DNA of 64,000 bases from Thermoplasmata archaeon (GTDB taxonomy: Archaea; Thermoplasmatota; Thermoplasmata; Lutacidiplasmatales; UBA184), in contig DASPVQ010000020.1 of assembly GCA_035622275.1 (NCBI GenBank), forward strand, positions 2,494-66,493, read 5' to 3'. The notes under the pieces were generated by a model. The model was not told the DNA's origin. It did not search any database and saw only the letters and a list, made by a program, of their open reading frames with translations. The position numbers were made by a program, and so were the translations under genes. Positions within the stretch are counted from its first letter, which is position 1. Every line of letters starts with the position of its first letter. Below, piece after piece: positions 28,536-39,008 of this stretch.

Positions 28536-29645
28536 ATGCCGCAAGCCCCGTCCCCGCTGCACCGTGACGCCGCTCGGAACATCGTCACCAAGTACCTCAA
28601 GATCCGACCCGGAGAGAACGTGATCGTCGAGTCCTGGGACCACACGATGCCGATCGCAGCCGCGATGGTCGACGAGGCCCGCCGCGCGGGCGCCCGGACC
28701 CTTCATATCCACGAGGACGAAGATGCCTGGTGGCGCGCGATCGATCGGAAGCAAAGCAAACTCCTCGGGAACACGAGCGTGCCGGAGTGGGCGGCGCTGA
28801 AGGCTGCGGACGTGTACGTACACTTCTGGGGTCCGGCCGACACCGACCGCCTGGACGTGATACCCGAGAAGACCTTCGACCATGCCCTGGACTGGTTCGA
28901 GCCGTGGTATGACGTGGCCCGGCGTTCGGGTCTTCGCGGCGCGCGAGTCGCCGTTGGATTCGCGACCGAAGGACGGGCCCGCCAGTGGGGCCTGGACCGC
29001 GCGCGATGGGAGGACAGCATGCTGCGCGCGTGCCTCACGGACCCCGTGGAGACGGCCGAGAGCGCGTCTCGTCTAATCGCGGCGCTCGCCCGCGGAAAGA
29101 GGGTGCGCATCACCCACTCGAATGGGACGGACCTTGAAGTGGGCCTCGCCGGGAAGGCTCCGCGGTTGCACGACGGCACACCCCACCCCCGGGACAAGCG
29201 TTACGGACCGAGCGACATGCTCGCGCAGATCCCCGCCGGACGCGTCGAGGTGGCGCTCGATTCCAAGACGGCGGACGGACGTATCCACGCGAACCGGCGG
29301 ACCAACATCTGGTGGAGATGGGACTCCGGGGGAACGCTCGAGTTCTCGGACGGCCGGCTCACGTCGTACTCCTTCGAGGAAGGGGCGAAGGACTTCAGCA
29401 CCCTGTTCGAGAGAGGCACCCCGGGCAAGGACCGCACCGGCGCCCTCACGATCGGATTGAACCCGGCCGTCGATGATGTTCCCATCCTCGAGAGCGTCGA
29501 GCGGGGCAACGTTTCCCTCTCGATCGGACGGAACGGGCACCTCCACGGCACGAACCGCTCGAACTTCATGAGCTGGGTCACGCTCGCTGGCGCCGATATC
29601 TCGGTCGATGGGGCCCCGCTCGTGCGCGCGGGAAGACCGGTCTAG
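28536..29645 (+). CDS. M29-family aminopeptidase (AmpS/aminopeptidase T-like)
   Basis: N-terminal NIVTKYLKIRPGENVIVESWD...EARRAGA pattern and length match thermophilic metalloprotease M29. Confidence 0.65.
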   Translation: MPQAPSPLHRDAARNIVTKYLKIRPGENVIVESWDHTMPIAAAMVDEARRAGARTLHIHEDEDAWWRAIDRKQSKLLGNTSVPEWAALKAADVYVHFWGPADTDRLDVIPEKTFDHALDWFEPWYDVARRSGLRGARVAVGFATEGRARQWGLDRARWEDSMLRACLTDPVETAESASRLIAALARGKRVRITHSNGTDLEVGLAGKAPRLHDGTPHPRDKRYGPSDMLAQIPAGRVEVALDSKTADGRIHANRRTNIWWRWDSGGTLEFSDGRLTSYSFEEGAKDFSTLFERGTPGKDRTGALTIGLNPAVDDVPILESVERGNVSLSIGRNGHLHGTNRSNFMSWVTLAGADISVDGAPLVRAGRPV

Positions 29646-29913
29646 CCGCGGCCGGGCGTCGCCGTCGCTCGACGCCGAGCGTTCGCGGGGCGATCCTCCG
29701 GAGGCAGCGCCAACTCCGCGACCACGCTCCTCCGGTCGCATCGGCCTCGGCTCGTCCCGCAGCCGCTTATCCGAGCGCTGGGCAAGCCGCCGTCGTGATC
29801 GTGAGCCCGAGAAGCCCTCCGGAGATGCCCGCGTGCCAGACGTAGAAGCCGTCGCGACCGCTCCGCTTGATCGTGGGCTTTGGAGAAGAGTCTGGCGGCT
29901 CCACGACGCCGGG

Positions 29914-30471
29914 TTAGCGAGGCGGTGGGGCGGAAGAGGCGGATGGCCCGACCGCCGCCCCCGACGGGGGTACCACGACGAGGCCGAGGCGGTGTTGAAT
30001 CTCTCCCGCCAGCCATTCGAAGTTCGCGTAGGCCCGGGAGAACCCGTACTCGGCCCGGATCCTCTTCGCGTACGGGGCGAAGACCTCCCAGTCCCGGATG
30101 ATGACGCCCTGCATGATGTCCGACAGCAGGGCGAGGTCGATGAACTGGTGCTTGGCCATGACCGCGATGAGGTCGTAGATCTGGGCGAAGTTGCGGACCT
30201 CAAAGCCCTCGGGGGAGCCAAAGGCGTCCTTCCAGTCCGTTTCCGCGAAGTGATGCAAGATGCGGTGCATCTCCGAGCGGCGGCGCGGGAACGACTCGTC
30301 GGTGATCCGCTCGAGGATCGAGAGGGTCACGTCGGAACGCTGCTGCCGCAGGGTCGCCTCGAGCAACCGGGCGTTCTGCCGAAGTTGAAGCACGACGAAT
30401 CCGACACCGACGATGACGGCGAGCGAGCTCACCGCGGCGAGCCACGTGACGACATCCGAGACCGAGACCAT
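29914..30471 (-). CDS. membrane-anchored hypothetical protein (N-terminal TM plus ~140-aa helical domain; possibly DUF4760-like)
   Basis: Single N-terminal TM then a soluble helical domain; coding-like composition. Confidence 0.45.
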   Translation of the reverse strand: MVSVSDVVTWLAAVSSLAVIVGVGFVVLQLRQNARLLEATLRQQRSDVTLSILERITDESFPRRRSEMHRILHHFAETDWKDAFGSPEGFEVRNFAQIYDLIAVMAKHQFIDLALLSDIMQGVIIRDWEVFAPYAKRIRAEYGFSRAYANFEWLAGEIQHRLGLVVVPPSGAAVGPSASSAPPPR

Positions 30472-30784
30472 GCTACCGACCTCGGTTCCACACTCGGCAG
30501 GGGGTTCTTGAGCCGTGCGTCTCGCGGCTCACCCCGGTCAACGCAGGCGCGATTTCCGGTCGCCTGGGCACACCGGCAGTTGCCGGCCACCTGCGTCCGA
30601 TCGGAACCGAGCCACCTGGGGTGCAAGGGCCACACATCTCGGCGAAGGACTTGGGTGGCTCGGCGACATCCATACGCGATCGACGGACCGTACGCTGCTC
30701 CCGCGCGAGTCGGGGATGGGGGACGCCACGCGCAAGGTCGAGTGCAATGAGCGATGTTCACTGGACCGGCGCTTCGCCGCGAGG

Positions 30785-31189
30785 CTACATCCCGGCCGGA
30801 ACCTGAAACACCATCCAGAGATTCCCTTCCGGATCCTTGAAAAAGGCCGAGGTTCCGTACGGAGTCGACACGACCGGCCCTTCGACCTTCGAGCCGGGCC
30901 CCATGGACTCACCTCGCTGGAAGCTCACGCCGCGGCGTTGAAGCGATTTCACGTACCGTTTCGCGTTCTTGACGATCAGGGTCATGTAGGATAGGCTCCG
31001 CTTCTCACGCTTGTCCGGCGAAACGAGCCAGACGTTGTGATCGGCGATGCTCATCGCCGTCCAGGAGTTCCTCATTTCGCCGGTGCCGCGCATGGTCACA
31101 CGGCCGCCGAGCTGCTTCGTGTAAAACCGAATCGCTCGGCTCATGTTCCGGATCGGAATCAGGGTCACAAATTCCACGGACTTCGCCAT
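30785..31189 (-). CDS. VOC/glyoxalase family protein
   Basis: FVTLIPIRNMSRAIRFYTKQLGG...FFKDPEGNLWMV. Confidence 0.7.
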   Translation of the reverse strand: MAKSVEFVTLIPIRNMSRAIRFYTKQLGGRVTMRGTGEMRNSWTAMSIADHNVWLVSPDKREKRSLSYMTLIVKNAKRYVKSLQRRGVSFQRGESMGPGSKVEGPVVSTPYGTSAFFKDPEGNLWMVFQVPAGM

Positions 31190-31519
31190 CGTTCTGCGCC
31201 TAGGCTCGGGCCATGCCGGCCTGTCGGATATTCTTTGTCTTGGCGGTGGGTGATCCGGCGCAGGAGAGAGCGACCCGCTTGTCGTCGGTCGGGGATGGGC
31301 GAGCCGGCGGGACTGGGTCCCCCTACCTCTCGTTGTCCGCGCGAAACCCCGGAGTTCGCTCCCGCCCGATAGAATCCCGTTGCCCGGCCTTCGCTCCCCC
31401 CCGCGGGCATTTCGGAGCCTCCGCCGTCAACCTGCGTGCTCCGTCGGGTCCTTCGAGCCCGATCGATCGTGCATGTCGCCGGACGACCCCGACTCGATTC
31501 CCGCCGGGGGTGATCCGCG

Positions 31520-32029
31520 TTAGCGACCTCTTCGTCGTCGGGATCCCGGTCGAGCGCTCACGGCGCCGCGTCGGGATCGTGCGCTCCCCCCGCGAGCGCT
31601 CTTGCGGCTCGACCTAGGGTGCATCCACGGGACGTACGAGATCCCCACCACCAGTCCCTCCTTCGTTTGCAGCCGCGTCACGGTCTGGCCCCACGCGTCG
31701 GTCCGTGGCCGATGAAGGAGACGATATCCTTTCGACTCGAGCTCCGCCGCGGCCTCGGTGACGGCCGCAGGGCTGTCCAACTCGAATTCGATGAACATCT
31801 GAGGGATCGGGCGATCCTCCGGCCAGCTCTCGCGGCCGAAACATGCTTTGGCCGCTTCGGAGAGGGGCCACACTCCAAAATATCTGCTACCGTCCAACCG
31901 GTCGCTGTGCAAGAAGTTCGTTCCTTTGGATCGTTCCAAGGGCAGACCGATCGAGTCGACGAAGAGCGCGCTTCCCTCGGAGAGGCTCTCCGCGATCACA
32001 CCGACCGCGCCGATGAACTGCGGCTTCAT
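31520..32029 (-). CDS. VOC-like (glyoxalase fold) protein
   Basis: QFIGAVGVIAESLSEGSALFVDSIGL...; paired beta-alpha-beta-beta-beta pattern; start at MKPQF. Confidence 0.5.
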   Translation of the reverse strand: MKPQFIGAVGVIAESLSEGSALFVDSIGLPLERSKGTNFLHSDRLDGSRYFGVWPLSEAAKACFGRESWPEDRPIPQMFIEFELDSPAAVTEAAAELESKGYRLLHRPRTDAWGQTVTRLQTKEGLVVGISYVPWMHPRSSRKSARGGSARSRRGAVSARPGSRRRRGR

Positions 32030-32264
32030 GTCTGGTGGTCGGGTCTCGTAGTTGAGCGCGTACAAAAGGGGTGCTCGGGGCCGTTGGAGGCACTCCGGGC
32101 CATCCTGTCGCTCCCGGCTGGATGGGGTGGGGCATCCGGGCGCGGCCCAACGCGACCGGACCCAACCCGCGATCGGGTTCGATCGCCTGGTTCCATTTGG
32201 AACCCTCCCGCGTGCTCGCCGTCGCGAACAGGGATAAGCCGACCGGTATTCGCGGACGAGGTGG

Positions 32265-32804
32265 GTGTTCCCCGTGGTTTCGGAGCTGGAAACGATCCGT
32301 GGCTGGTTTGACTACATCGCGGAAGCGCGTCGCGGGTATCTCGAAGCTTTCTCGCGGCTCCCGGCGACCGAGCTGTCTCGCGACCGCGGCGCGTCGTACC
32401 CGACGCTCCTCGACATCTTCGGCCATTCTCAAGGTGCGCTCTACTTCTGGATGAAGGACTGCGCGCGCTTCGAGTTTCCCGCCCAGCAACCCGACTCCAG
32501 CAACCCGCCGAGCCTCGCAGACGTGCGGAAGGACGAGCAGTACATCCAAGCCCAGATCCGGCGCGTGATGTCGGAGCTGACCGAGGCCGACCTGACGCGT
32601 ACGGTCCATCGGGAGAAGGACGTCGGATCGTCGCACGACTGCGACATACCGATCCGGGATGTGCTGTGGCATCTCGTTGAGGAAGAGCTCCAGCACCGGG
32701 GCGAGATCAACGCGCTGCTCTGGCAGATAGACGTGGAGGCACCGGTGTACTCTTGGATCGACCGAGCGCACGCGCTGGATCGGATCGGACACCCGACTTC
32801 GTAG
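32265..32804 (+). CDS. DinB/YfiT-like family protein
   Basis: Paralog of 15490..16089 (LLDIFGH...ALYFW vs FRDIFLHLAYV). Confidence 0.6.
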   Translation: MFPVVSELETIRGWFDYIAEARRGYLEAFSRLPATELSRDRGASYPTLLDIFGHSQGALYFWMKDCARFEFPAQQPDSSNPPSLADVRKDEQYIQAQIRRVMSELTEADLTRTVHREKDVGSSHDCDIPIRDVLWHLVEEELQHRGEINALLWQIDVEAPVYSWIDRAHALDRIGHPTS

Positions 32805-33042
32805 CGGACCCACGGCGTCGACACGTTGCCGGCGTTCCCGGATCCTTCCCCTGACGTGGTTGGGCGCCGCTCCCACTCCCCCGGTGGGTAGCGAAGGCGG
32901 TGCGGGGGACACTCGGCTGTCCGCTCGAGTGCCGACGTCACTCGACCTCCCGGAGTCGCCAGATGCCCGCGGATGTTCCGGCCACTCTCTCGGGACGGGG
33001 ATCGGCTCGAGCTAGTCTTTTCAGCGATTGGCCCGCTCGAAC

Positions 33043-33492
33043 TCAGCCGTCATACCTCGAGCGAAGGTCGTGCCCGTTCTCCAGGACCGACTTCAGATTC
33101 AACGCGAAGTACGTCCACCCCCACTCGGCACCGCCGTAGAGGTCCGCCCACTCCTCGAGGCGGGGAAAACCGGCATGTCCAATCCGAAACAGGGATCCGT
33201 CGTCCTTGGCCTCGACCGACAGCGAGAACACGGTCCCACGGAGCGTCACCCCCGGCCACGTCCACGAAAGTGAGACTCTTTCGCCATCGCGGAACTCGAC
33301 GACGGTGCCGGTATGCGTTGGACCGCCGGTCCATGAGAGCGAGTATCGGCCCCCCTTCTTGGGCGATAGCGTCGCCTCGTCACAGAGCCACCGCGTCAAC
33401 ATGCGGGGATCGGAGATGGCGCGAAAAACCACGTCGGGAGGCGCTCGGATGAAGTACTGGTGGTCCACCGCTCGTTCACCTTTGCTCGTCAT
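33043..33492 (-). CDS. SRPBCC (AHSA1-like) family protein
   Basis: HQYFIRAPPDVVFRAISDPRMLTRWL...; 149 aa. Confidence 0.7.
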   Translation of the reverse strand: MTSKGERAVDHQYFIRAPPDVVFRAISDPRMLTRWLCDEATLSPKKGGRYSLSWTGGPTHTGTVVEFRDGERVSLSWTWPGVTLRGTVFSLSVEAKDDGSLFRIGHAGFPRLEEWADLYGGAEWGWTYFALNLKSVLENGHDLRSRYDG

Positions 33493-33797
33493 GTTCCCCC
33501 GATCCCGCTAGCCTGACGAATCCCCAGGATTTAATCCGGAAGGGGAACGAAAGTGGGACAGTCGGGACGCGTCCGCTGGCCCGAAAATTCTCGAGGAGCG
33601 CTCATAAGAACCCGGTATTCTTTCATTCCCCTACCGACTCATATCTCGCCGGCTCGATCTCCCGCGCAGCCCAGAGGGTGAGGAACCTGAGATGCAGGCA
33701 GTTCTGAGCACGATGCGGACGACGCAAGGCCCCCGCAACAATTCTGCCACAACCCGATCGCGGACGCCCGTCGGGACGACGCTCTAGAGGAGGGAAC

Positions 33798-34391
33798 GTG
33801 GCGCGAAAAGTCACCGCCAGCCTCTACATGACGCTGGACGGCCGGGGCGCGTTCCCGAAGTACCCGGGTTGGGACCGGCAAACGACGGAGGCGAACGAGA
33901 TGTGGCGCGAGATGTGGTTGAATCGGTTCGACGACGTCACCACCGTGATCATGGGACGGAGGTCGTACCTGGGTCACCGGCGGGTCTGGACGGAGAAGGC
34001 GAGAAAACCCAGCGACCCGAAGTACCTGGTCGATTACTCGCGGTGGCTGGACCACGTGGACAAGGTCTGCCTTTCGCGGACGTTGAAGTCGCCGGGCTGG
34101 CAGAACGCCCGGATCATGAAGGGCGACCTTTCCAAGATCGTGGCGAAGCTGAAGCGGGAGAAAGGCGGTAACATCATCGCCGAAGGCGGCCCACAGCTGA
34201 TCCTCGAGTTCCTGCGACGGGGTCTCGCGGACGACTACTGGGCGGTGGTACAGCCCGTGGTCTACGGCAAGGGTCCGGAGTACTGGGGTCCGATGAAGAA
34301 GCAAGCGACCCTCAAGCTCCTCTCCTCGATCACGATGGAAGACGGCGAGCTCCTCCTGCACTACGAGACCGTTCGGGGGTTCCGCGCCTAG
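33798..34391 (+). CDS. dihydrofolate reductase-like (RibD_C/YwjB) family protein
   Basis: ASLYMTLDGRGAFP...GRRSY...GGNIIAEGGPQL; GTG start with GGAGG 8 nt upstream. Confidence 0.7.
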   Translation: MARKVTASLYMTLDGRGAFPKYPGWDRQTTEANEMWREMWLNRFDDVTTVIMGRRSYLGHRRVWTEKARKPSDPKYLVDYSRWLDHVDKVCLSRTLKSPGWQNARIMKGDLSKIVAKLKREKGGNIIAEGGPQLILEFLRRGLADDYWAVVQPVVYGKGPEYWGPMKKQATLKLLSSITMEDGELLLHYETVRGFRA

Positions 34392-34619
34392 CCCAGCACA
34401 CGGTGGTGGGCCACCGCGGTCCCTCCACCGGTTCGAGGCTCTCTCCCGGGTCTCCGCCCGGGGTCGAAGCGGTTCCCGTGGCGCGCTTCCGCCGTCGGGC
34501 GGAGTGTCCGAGTCGTTCCGGCCCGATTCCGACCTCGTCACGATGACCACGATTTCCGGAGTGGACCTCCGCCCTCAGCGGCGTCGTTCGAACGGCCCGG
34601 ATCGCGCGGCACGTCGGGG

Positions 34620-35612
34620 TCAGCTTGGCCGGGAGGGTGCCTCAGATGCGCGCGCGAGCACCGTGAGGGCCCGCAGCGTGATCATCTTGCTTGGTTCCCC
34701 GGCCTTCTCGAACGTAAGCGGCGTCGGCCGCTTCGTCGGATGCTGTGCGAACCACTTTGCGCCGTCGGCGTCCGGGTCCGTCTGGGGCGGGCCGATCGCC
34801 CAGCGTCCGTCGAGTCGCTGCTGCTTTCGTAGAAAATCCAGCGCGTAGCGGAGTCTCGGATCGCTCCCGTAGCCGAGGTTTGTGAGGCATTCCAGACCGA
34901 CCAAGAGGTCGTAGTAGTAGTGGACCGGCCAGTGGAAGCGGAACCAGGGCGCGTACGGCTCGCCTTGCCGATGCAGCTCACGCTCCAGGAAGAACTCGGC
35001 CCCGCGCTCGACGCATCGCTGCATCGCGGGGGTCCACTTCGACCGCGGGTACGCTGCAAAGGCGGCGAGGCCCTCCCAGGCGTCGAGCGTACGACCCGCC
35101 GAGACGCCGTCGCGGTCCATCCGGCAGGACCATCCTCCCTTCGGATGCGCCACCCTCACCAGCCAGTCCAGCGTTTTGCGGACCCGCGGATCGTCGCCGT
35201 AGCCGAGCTGGATCAGGGCTCGGGCCATGTTGGCGGTGTAGCAGAAGTGCCCCTTTCCCTGGCCGAACCCTCCCACTCCACCGCCCTGGAGGGGCGAGCT
35301 CCCCATCCAGAACTCGCAGGAGACCTCGATCTCCGGGATGTCCCGCGTCGCCCCGAGATCGGCGAGAGCGAGCATGCTCCAGTTGGTCCCGAGAAATCTA
35401 GGCTCGAGCCAGTTGTGGTCCCGCTCCCACCATCCGGCCGGATTCCGCCGGGAAAGGATCTCCCTCACCCAGGGATCCGTCCGCAGATTCTCTCGAGATT
35501 CCCGGACGCCGGAGACGGAGCCGGACTTGCCAAGAAGACGGGTGAGGGTAAGATACCGCATCGACGGCTGCTGCGGCTCGAGCAGCCAGTCGAGGACCTC
35601 GTCCGCCCGCAC
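34620..35612 (-). CDS. alpha/alpha-toroid QW-repeat protein, paralog of 13911..14864
   Basis: HPKGGWSC, QQRLDGRWAI QW motifs; conserved YYYD..VGLE.LT.LGYG region. Confidence 0.6.
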   Translation of the reverse strand: MRADEVLDWLLEPQQPSMRYLTLTRLLGKSGSVSGVRESRENLRTDPWVREILSRRNPAGWWERDHNWLEPRFLGTNWSMLALADLGATRDIPEIEVSCEFWMGSSPLQGGGVGGFGQGKGHFCYTANMARALIQLGYGDDPRVRKTLDWLVRVAHPKGGWSCRMDRDGVSAGRTLDAWEGLAAFAAYPRSKWTPAMQRCVERGAEFFLERELHRQGEPYAPWFRFHWPVHYYYDLLVGLECLTNLGYGSDPRLRYALDFLRKQQRLDGRWAIGPPQTDPDADGAKWFAQHPTKRPTPLTFEKAGEPSKMITLRALTVLARASEAPSRPS

Positions 35613-35737
35613 GCTCCGCCGGACCCCGTCACCCCTCTTAACCTCGGTCGGAGCGGCGCGATCCGCCGGCGCTGAATCTCGAACGGCGGAAGGGGCGGAG
35701 CGACGCGACGCGGCCGGATCTCCAGCGCTACGGCACC

Positions 35738-37354
35738 TTGAAGGAGCTCGGGCCCAGCACGGCTAAGAGAGCCGACGCGTCACCCGCGCGAGCGGGTGTG
35801 GTTTCCATGGACTCGACGACGAACGACGCTGCCTGGGAGCGCCGGGGCCGTTCCTGGTGGTCCCACGTGCGCGTCCTCGCTGACGATCAGATGGAGGGCC
35901 GTGAGACCGGCTCCCCGGGATACGAACGAGCGGCGGCGTACGTCACGGAGCAGTTTCGGATCGCGGGACTCGAGCCTGCGGGCGTAGAGGGGTACCGTCA
36001 GCCGGTCGACCTTGCGGTCTCCACGTTGGATCAGGGCGCGAGTTCGTTGACCATCGTTCGCGACGGGGCGACCCGGTCCGTACGCATCCCAGAGGAGGCT
36101 CAGTTCATCGTCACGTCGGCCACGGTGTCGGACATCGAGGCCGACGCAGTCTTCGTGGGATATGCGCTCGAGATCCCGGAGCACGGCTACAGCGATCTGG
36201 CCGGACTGGACCTACGCGAGAAGATCGCCGTGTTCGTCCTGGGCGGGCCCGCGGACCTGCCCGGGCCCGTCCGAGCTCACCACCAATCCCGGTCGGAGGT
36301 CTATCGGGCGCTGAGGAGGGCCGGGGCCGCCGGCTTCGTCCTGGTGCAGAATCCGAGCGTGCCCGAGGCTCCATGGTCCCGGTTCGCGAGCGGGCAGCTC
36401 TTTCCCCGGATGGAGCTGCTGGGCTCCGACCGAGGAGAGCGGCGTCCCCTTCCGTTGACGGCCGCGTTCGACCACGAGCATCTGGACCTCCTTTTCGAGG
36501 GGAGCGGGCACCGCGCGTCCGAGGTGCTGGCGAGCCTGGGGAAACCTGGCCCGCTGCCGCGCTTTCCCCTTGCGGTACGATTGCGCGCGCATGTCGAAGT
36601 TCGACGCTCGACGGCGCGGTGCACCAACGTCGTCGGCGTCCTGCCGGGGAGCGACCCGACCCTGCGCCACGAGTACGTCGTGGGAACCGCCCATCTCGAC
36701 CACCTCGGGATCGGCGAGCCGATCCACGGTGACTCGATCTACAGCGGAGCCATGGACAACGCCTCCGGCGTCGCCGCCCTGATCGAGATCGCGCGTGCGA
36801 TGAAGGACGCCGCGGAGCGTCCCCGGCGATCGATCCTGTTCGCCGCGGTGACGGCCGAAGAGCAGGGTCTCCTCGGCTCGGAGCACTTCGCGAACCATCC
36901 CACCGTCTCGGGGCCGATCGTCGCGGACCTGAACATGGACATGTTCCTCCCGCTATTTCCCCTCCGGTTCGTCGAGGTACAGGGTCTCGACGAGTCGACG
37001 CTCGGCCCGACGCTTCGGGCCGCCGCGCACCAGGTGGGCGTGACGGCCGATGCCGAGTACCTTCCCGATCGCAAACTGTTCATTCGCAGCGACCAGTACA
37101 GCTTCGTGAAGACCGGGGTTCCCGCCCTGATGGTGTCCATCGGCTACGCCCGGGGCTCGCCCGAGGAACAGGCGGTGGTCGCGTTCCTGCGCGATCGCTA
37201 CCACGCGCCCGCGGACGACGCCGACCAGCCCGTGAACCTCACGGCGGCCGCACAGTTCACCGACCTCCTGCGTCGCGTGATCCTGCAGGTCGCGAACGAC
37301 CCCGGGCGCCCTCAGTGGAATCCGGATAGCTTCTTCCGGAGGTTCGCTCGGTAG
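35738..37354 (+). CDS. M28-family zinc aminopeptidase with PA domain
   Basis: HLDHLG...GAMDNASGVAALIEIARAM...EEQGLLGS. Confidence 0.75.
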   Translation: MKELGPSTAKRADASPARAGVVSMDSTTNDAAWERRGRSWWSHVRVLADDQMEGRETGSPGYERAAAYVTEQFRIAGLEPAGVEGYRQPVDLAVSTLDQGASSLTIVRDGATRSVRIPEEAQFIVTSATVSDIEADAVFVGYALEIPEHGYSDLAGLDLREKIAVFVLGGPADLPGPVRAHHQSRSEVYRALRRAGAAGFVLVQNPSVPEAPWSRFASGQLFPRMELLGSDRGERRPLPLTAAFDHEHLDLLFEGSGHRASEVLASLGKPGPLPRFPLAVRLRAHVEVRRSTARCTNVVGVLPGSDPTLRHEYVVGTAHLDHLGIGEPIHGDSIYSGAMDNASGVAALIEIARAMKDAAERPRRSILFAAVTAEEQGLLGSEHFANHPTVSGPIVADLNMDMFLPLFPLRFVEVQGLDESTLGPTLRAAAHQVGVTADAEYLPDRKLFIRSDQYSFVKTGVPALMVSIGYARGSPEEQAVVAFLRDRYHAPADDADQPVNLTAAAQFTDLLRRVILQVANDPGRPQWNPDSFFRRFAR

Positions 37355-37458
37355 GGCGCTGCCAGCGCGCGGCGGAGCGTTGATCCCACCCGGCTCGCCG
37401 CCCCCGCGGACCGAGAGGGGGAGTCGTGCGCCCATCGGGGTCGGCTCGACCCCGGCCC

Positions 37459-38895
37459 TCACTTCGGAAGCGCGAACCGATAGACGCTGACCGGGTTGCT
37501 CACGTTCTTCAGCCGCGTCTGGGCCAGCTCGTCCATCTTGACCGGGACCTTGTTCCACACCTGGTCGTAGACCTGCTGCGTCGCGCAGATCCCGCCGGGC
37601 TCGGCCATCGGCTCGATCCGCGAGGCGATGTTCACCGCGTCCCCGAGGATATCGCCGCCGACCGAGACCAGGTCCCCCACGTGCAGACCGATCCGCAGCT
37701 GGATCGGATCTCGACGACGCCCTTCGTTCCGCTTGCGCAATCGGCGCTGGATCTCGATCGCGCACTTCGCGGCATCGAGCGCGCTCGAGAACTCGAGGAG
37801 GAAGGCGTCCCCCATGGTCTTGATCTCGCGCCCCTTGTGGCGGGGGTACGCCGCGCGCACCAGGAGTCGATGCTCCTCCAGGAGCTTGAGCGCGCGCGCC
37901 TCGTCCTTTTGCGCCAGCGTCGTGAAGCCGACCATGTCGGTGAACATGATGGCGGCGAGACGGCGCTCCGTGATCGGTCGGTCGTGAGCTTCGGTCGTGA
38001 CGAGCACGTCCTGGACCCGTCCCGAGGGCCGGCGAACACTCAGGCGGACCTTCGGCTCGGCTTCGGGGCCGGAGAGCGCCTTGCCGAGCCGCTCGCTCCA
38101 GTCGCTGACGTTCTCGGACATGTTCGTCCCGTTGCCGACCCGAAGCCCGTCGAGCGCGACCACCGAATCCCCTCGGTCCAAGCCCGCCCGTAGCGCCATG
38201 CTGGCCGGGCGGGCCGGACTCAGCATCCCGATACCGGCGGTGGGCGGCACCTTGGGGTCCATCGCGGCCCGCCAGAGATCCATCAGCATCGCGGTGCCGT
38301 GGGTCCCGCACATGCAGATGCCGAGCCCACACGAGGGACACACGCACCGACATTCGAGTCCCTCCCGGCTCAGCTCCCACACGGTCACGTCCGACACCAG
38401 CGTGTGCAGGATCTCGACGCTCTGAGCGTAGTCCTTCAGGCACTCTTCGGCGATGTCGGCGGAGTTGCCCTCGTCCATGCCGCCCCAGTAGCTGTCGCAC
38501 TGGCGGTGCGCGACGACGTGGAGGACCGAGTAGCCGAACGTGGCCTCGGCGATGAGCGAATACAGCACCTGGAGCGCTACCGTCGGGGCCAGCTTGTCGC
38601 TCAGGGCCACCGGGACCACCGGCGGAGAACCCACGCGGACGGTCGTCCTCGGATCGGGACCCCCGATGCCCAGCATCCGGACCCTCCAGCCTTCGAGGTG
38701 GTCTGCGGCCATGGTCTTGAGACGGCCGAGCAGCGCCGTGGCCCCCGCGTGCTCCTTCAGGGACTTCGAGATCGGTCCGAGCGCTTCGAGGATCTGTCCC
38801 TCGACCGCGACCATGTGCGAGATGTAGTCGATCTCTCGCGCCCGATGCGGCCCGGAGTACAGTCCGGGCCCATGCGGCCGGTCGGTCCGCGACAT
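37459..38895 (-). CDS. multidomain sensor nucleotidyl cyclase: N-terminal helical domain – Cys cluster (CRCVCPSCGLGICMCG) – PDZ-like – CHD cyclase
   Basis: C-terminal RRLAAIMFTDMVGFT, KTMGDAFLLEF, GDAVNIASRIE; eight-Cys cluster; PDZ-like GDSVVALDGLRV; ATG MSRTDRP chosen. Confidence 0.7.
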   Translation of the reverse strand: MSRTDRPHGPGLYSGPHRAREIDYISHMVAVEGQILEALGPISKSLKEHAGATALLGRLKTMAADHLEGWRVRMLGIGGPDPRTTVRVGSPPVVPVALSDKLAPTVALQVLYSLIAEATFGYSVLHVVAHRQCDSYWGGMDEGNSADIAEECLKDYAQSVEILHTLVSDVTVWELSREGLECRCVCPSCGLGICMCGTHGTAMLMDLWRAAMDPKVPPTAGIGMLSPARPASMALRAGLDRGDSVVALDGLRVGNGTNMSENVSDWSERLGKALSGPEAEPKVRLSVRRPSGRVQDVLVTTEAHDRPITERRLAAIMFTDMVGFTTLAQKDEARALKLLEEHRLLVRAAYPRHKGREIKTMGDAFLLEFSSALDAAKCAIEIQRRLRKRNEGRRRDPIQLRIGLHVGDLVSVGGDILGDAVNIASRIEPMAEPGGICATQQVYDQVWNKVPVKMDELAQTRLKNVSNPVSVYRFALPK

Positions 38896-39008
38896 ACCAG
38901 AGCCTTGGACGGACGCGGAACGGCCCTCGCGGGGATGAATCTTTCTGCCGCAGGTAGGTCGACGGGGCCCGGCCGGCAGGACGATGCGCCGACGGCCATC
39001 GCCGGCCG

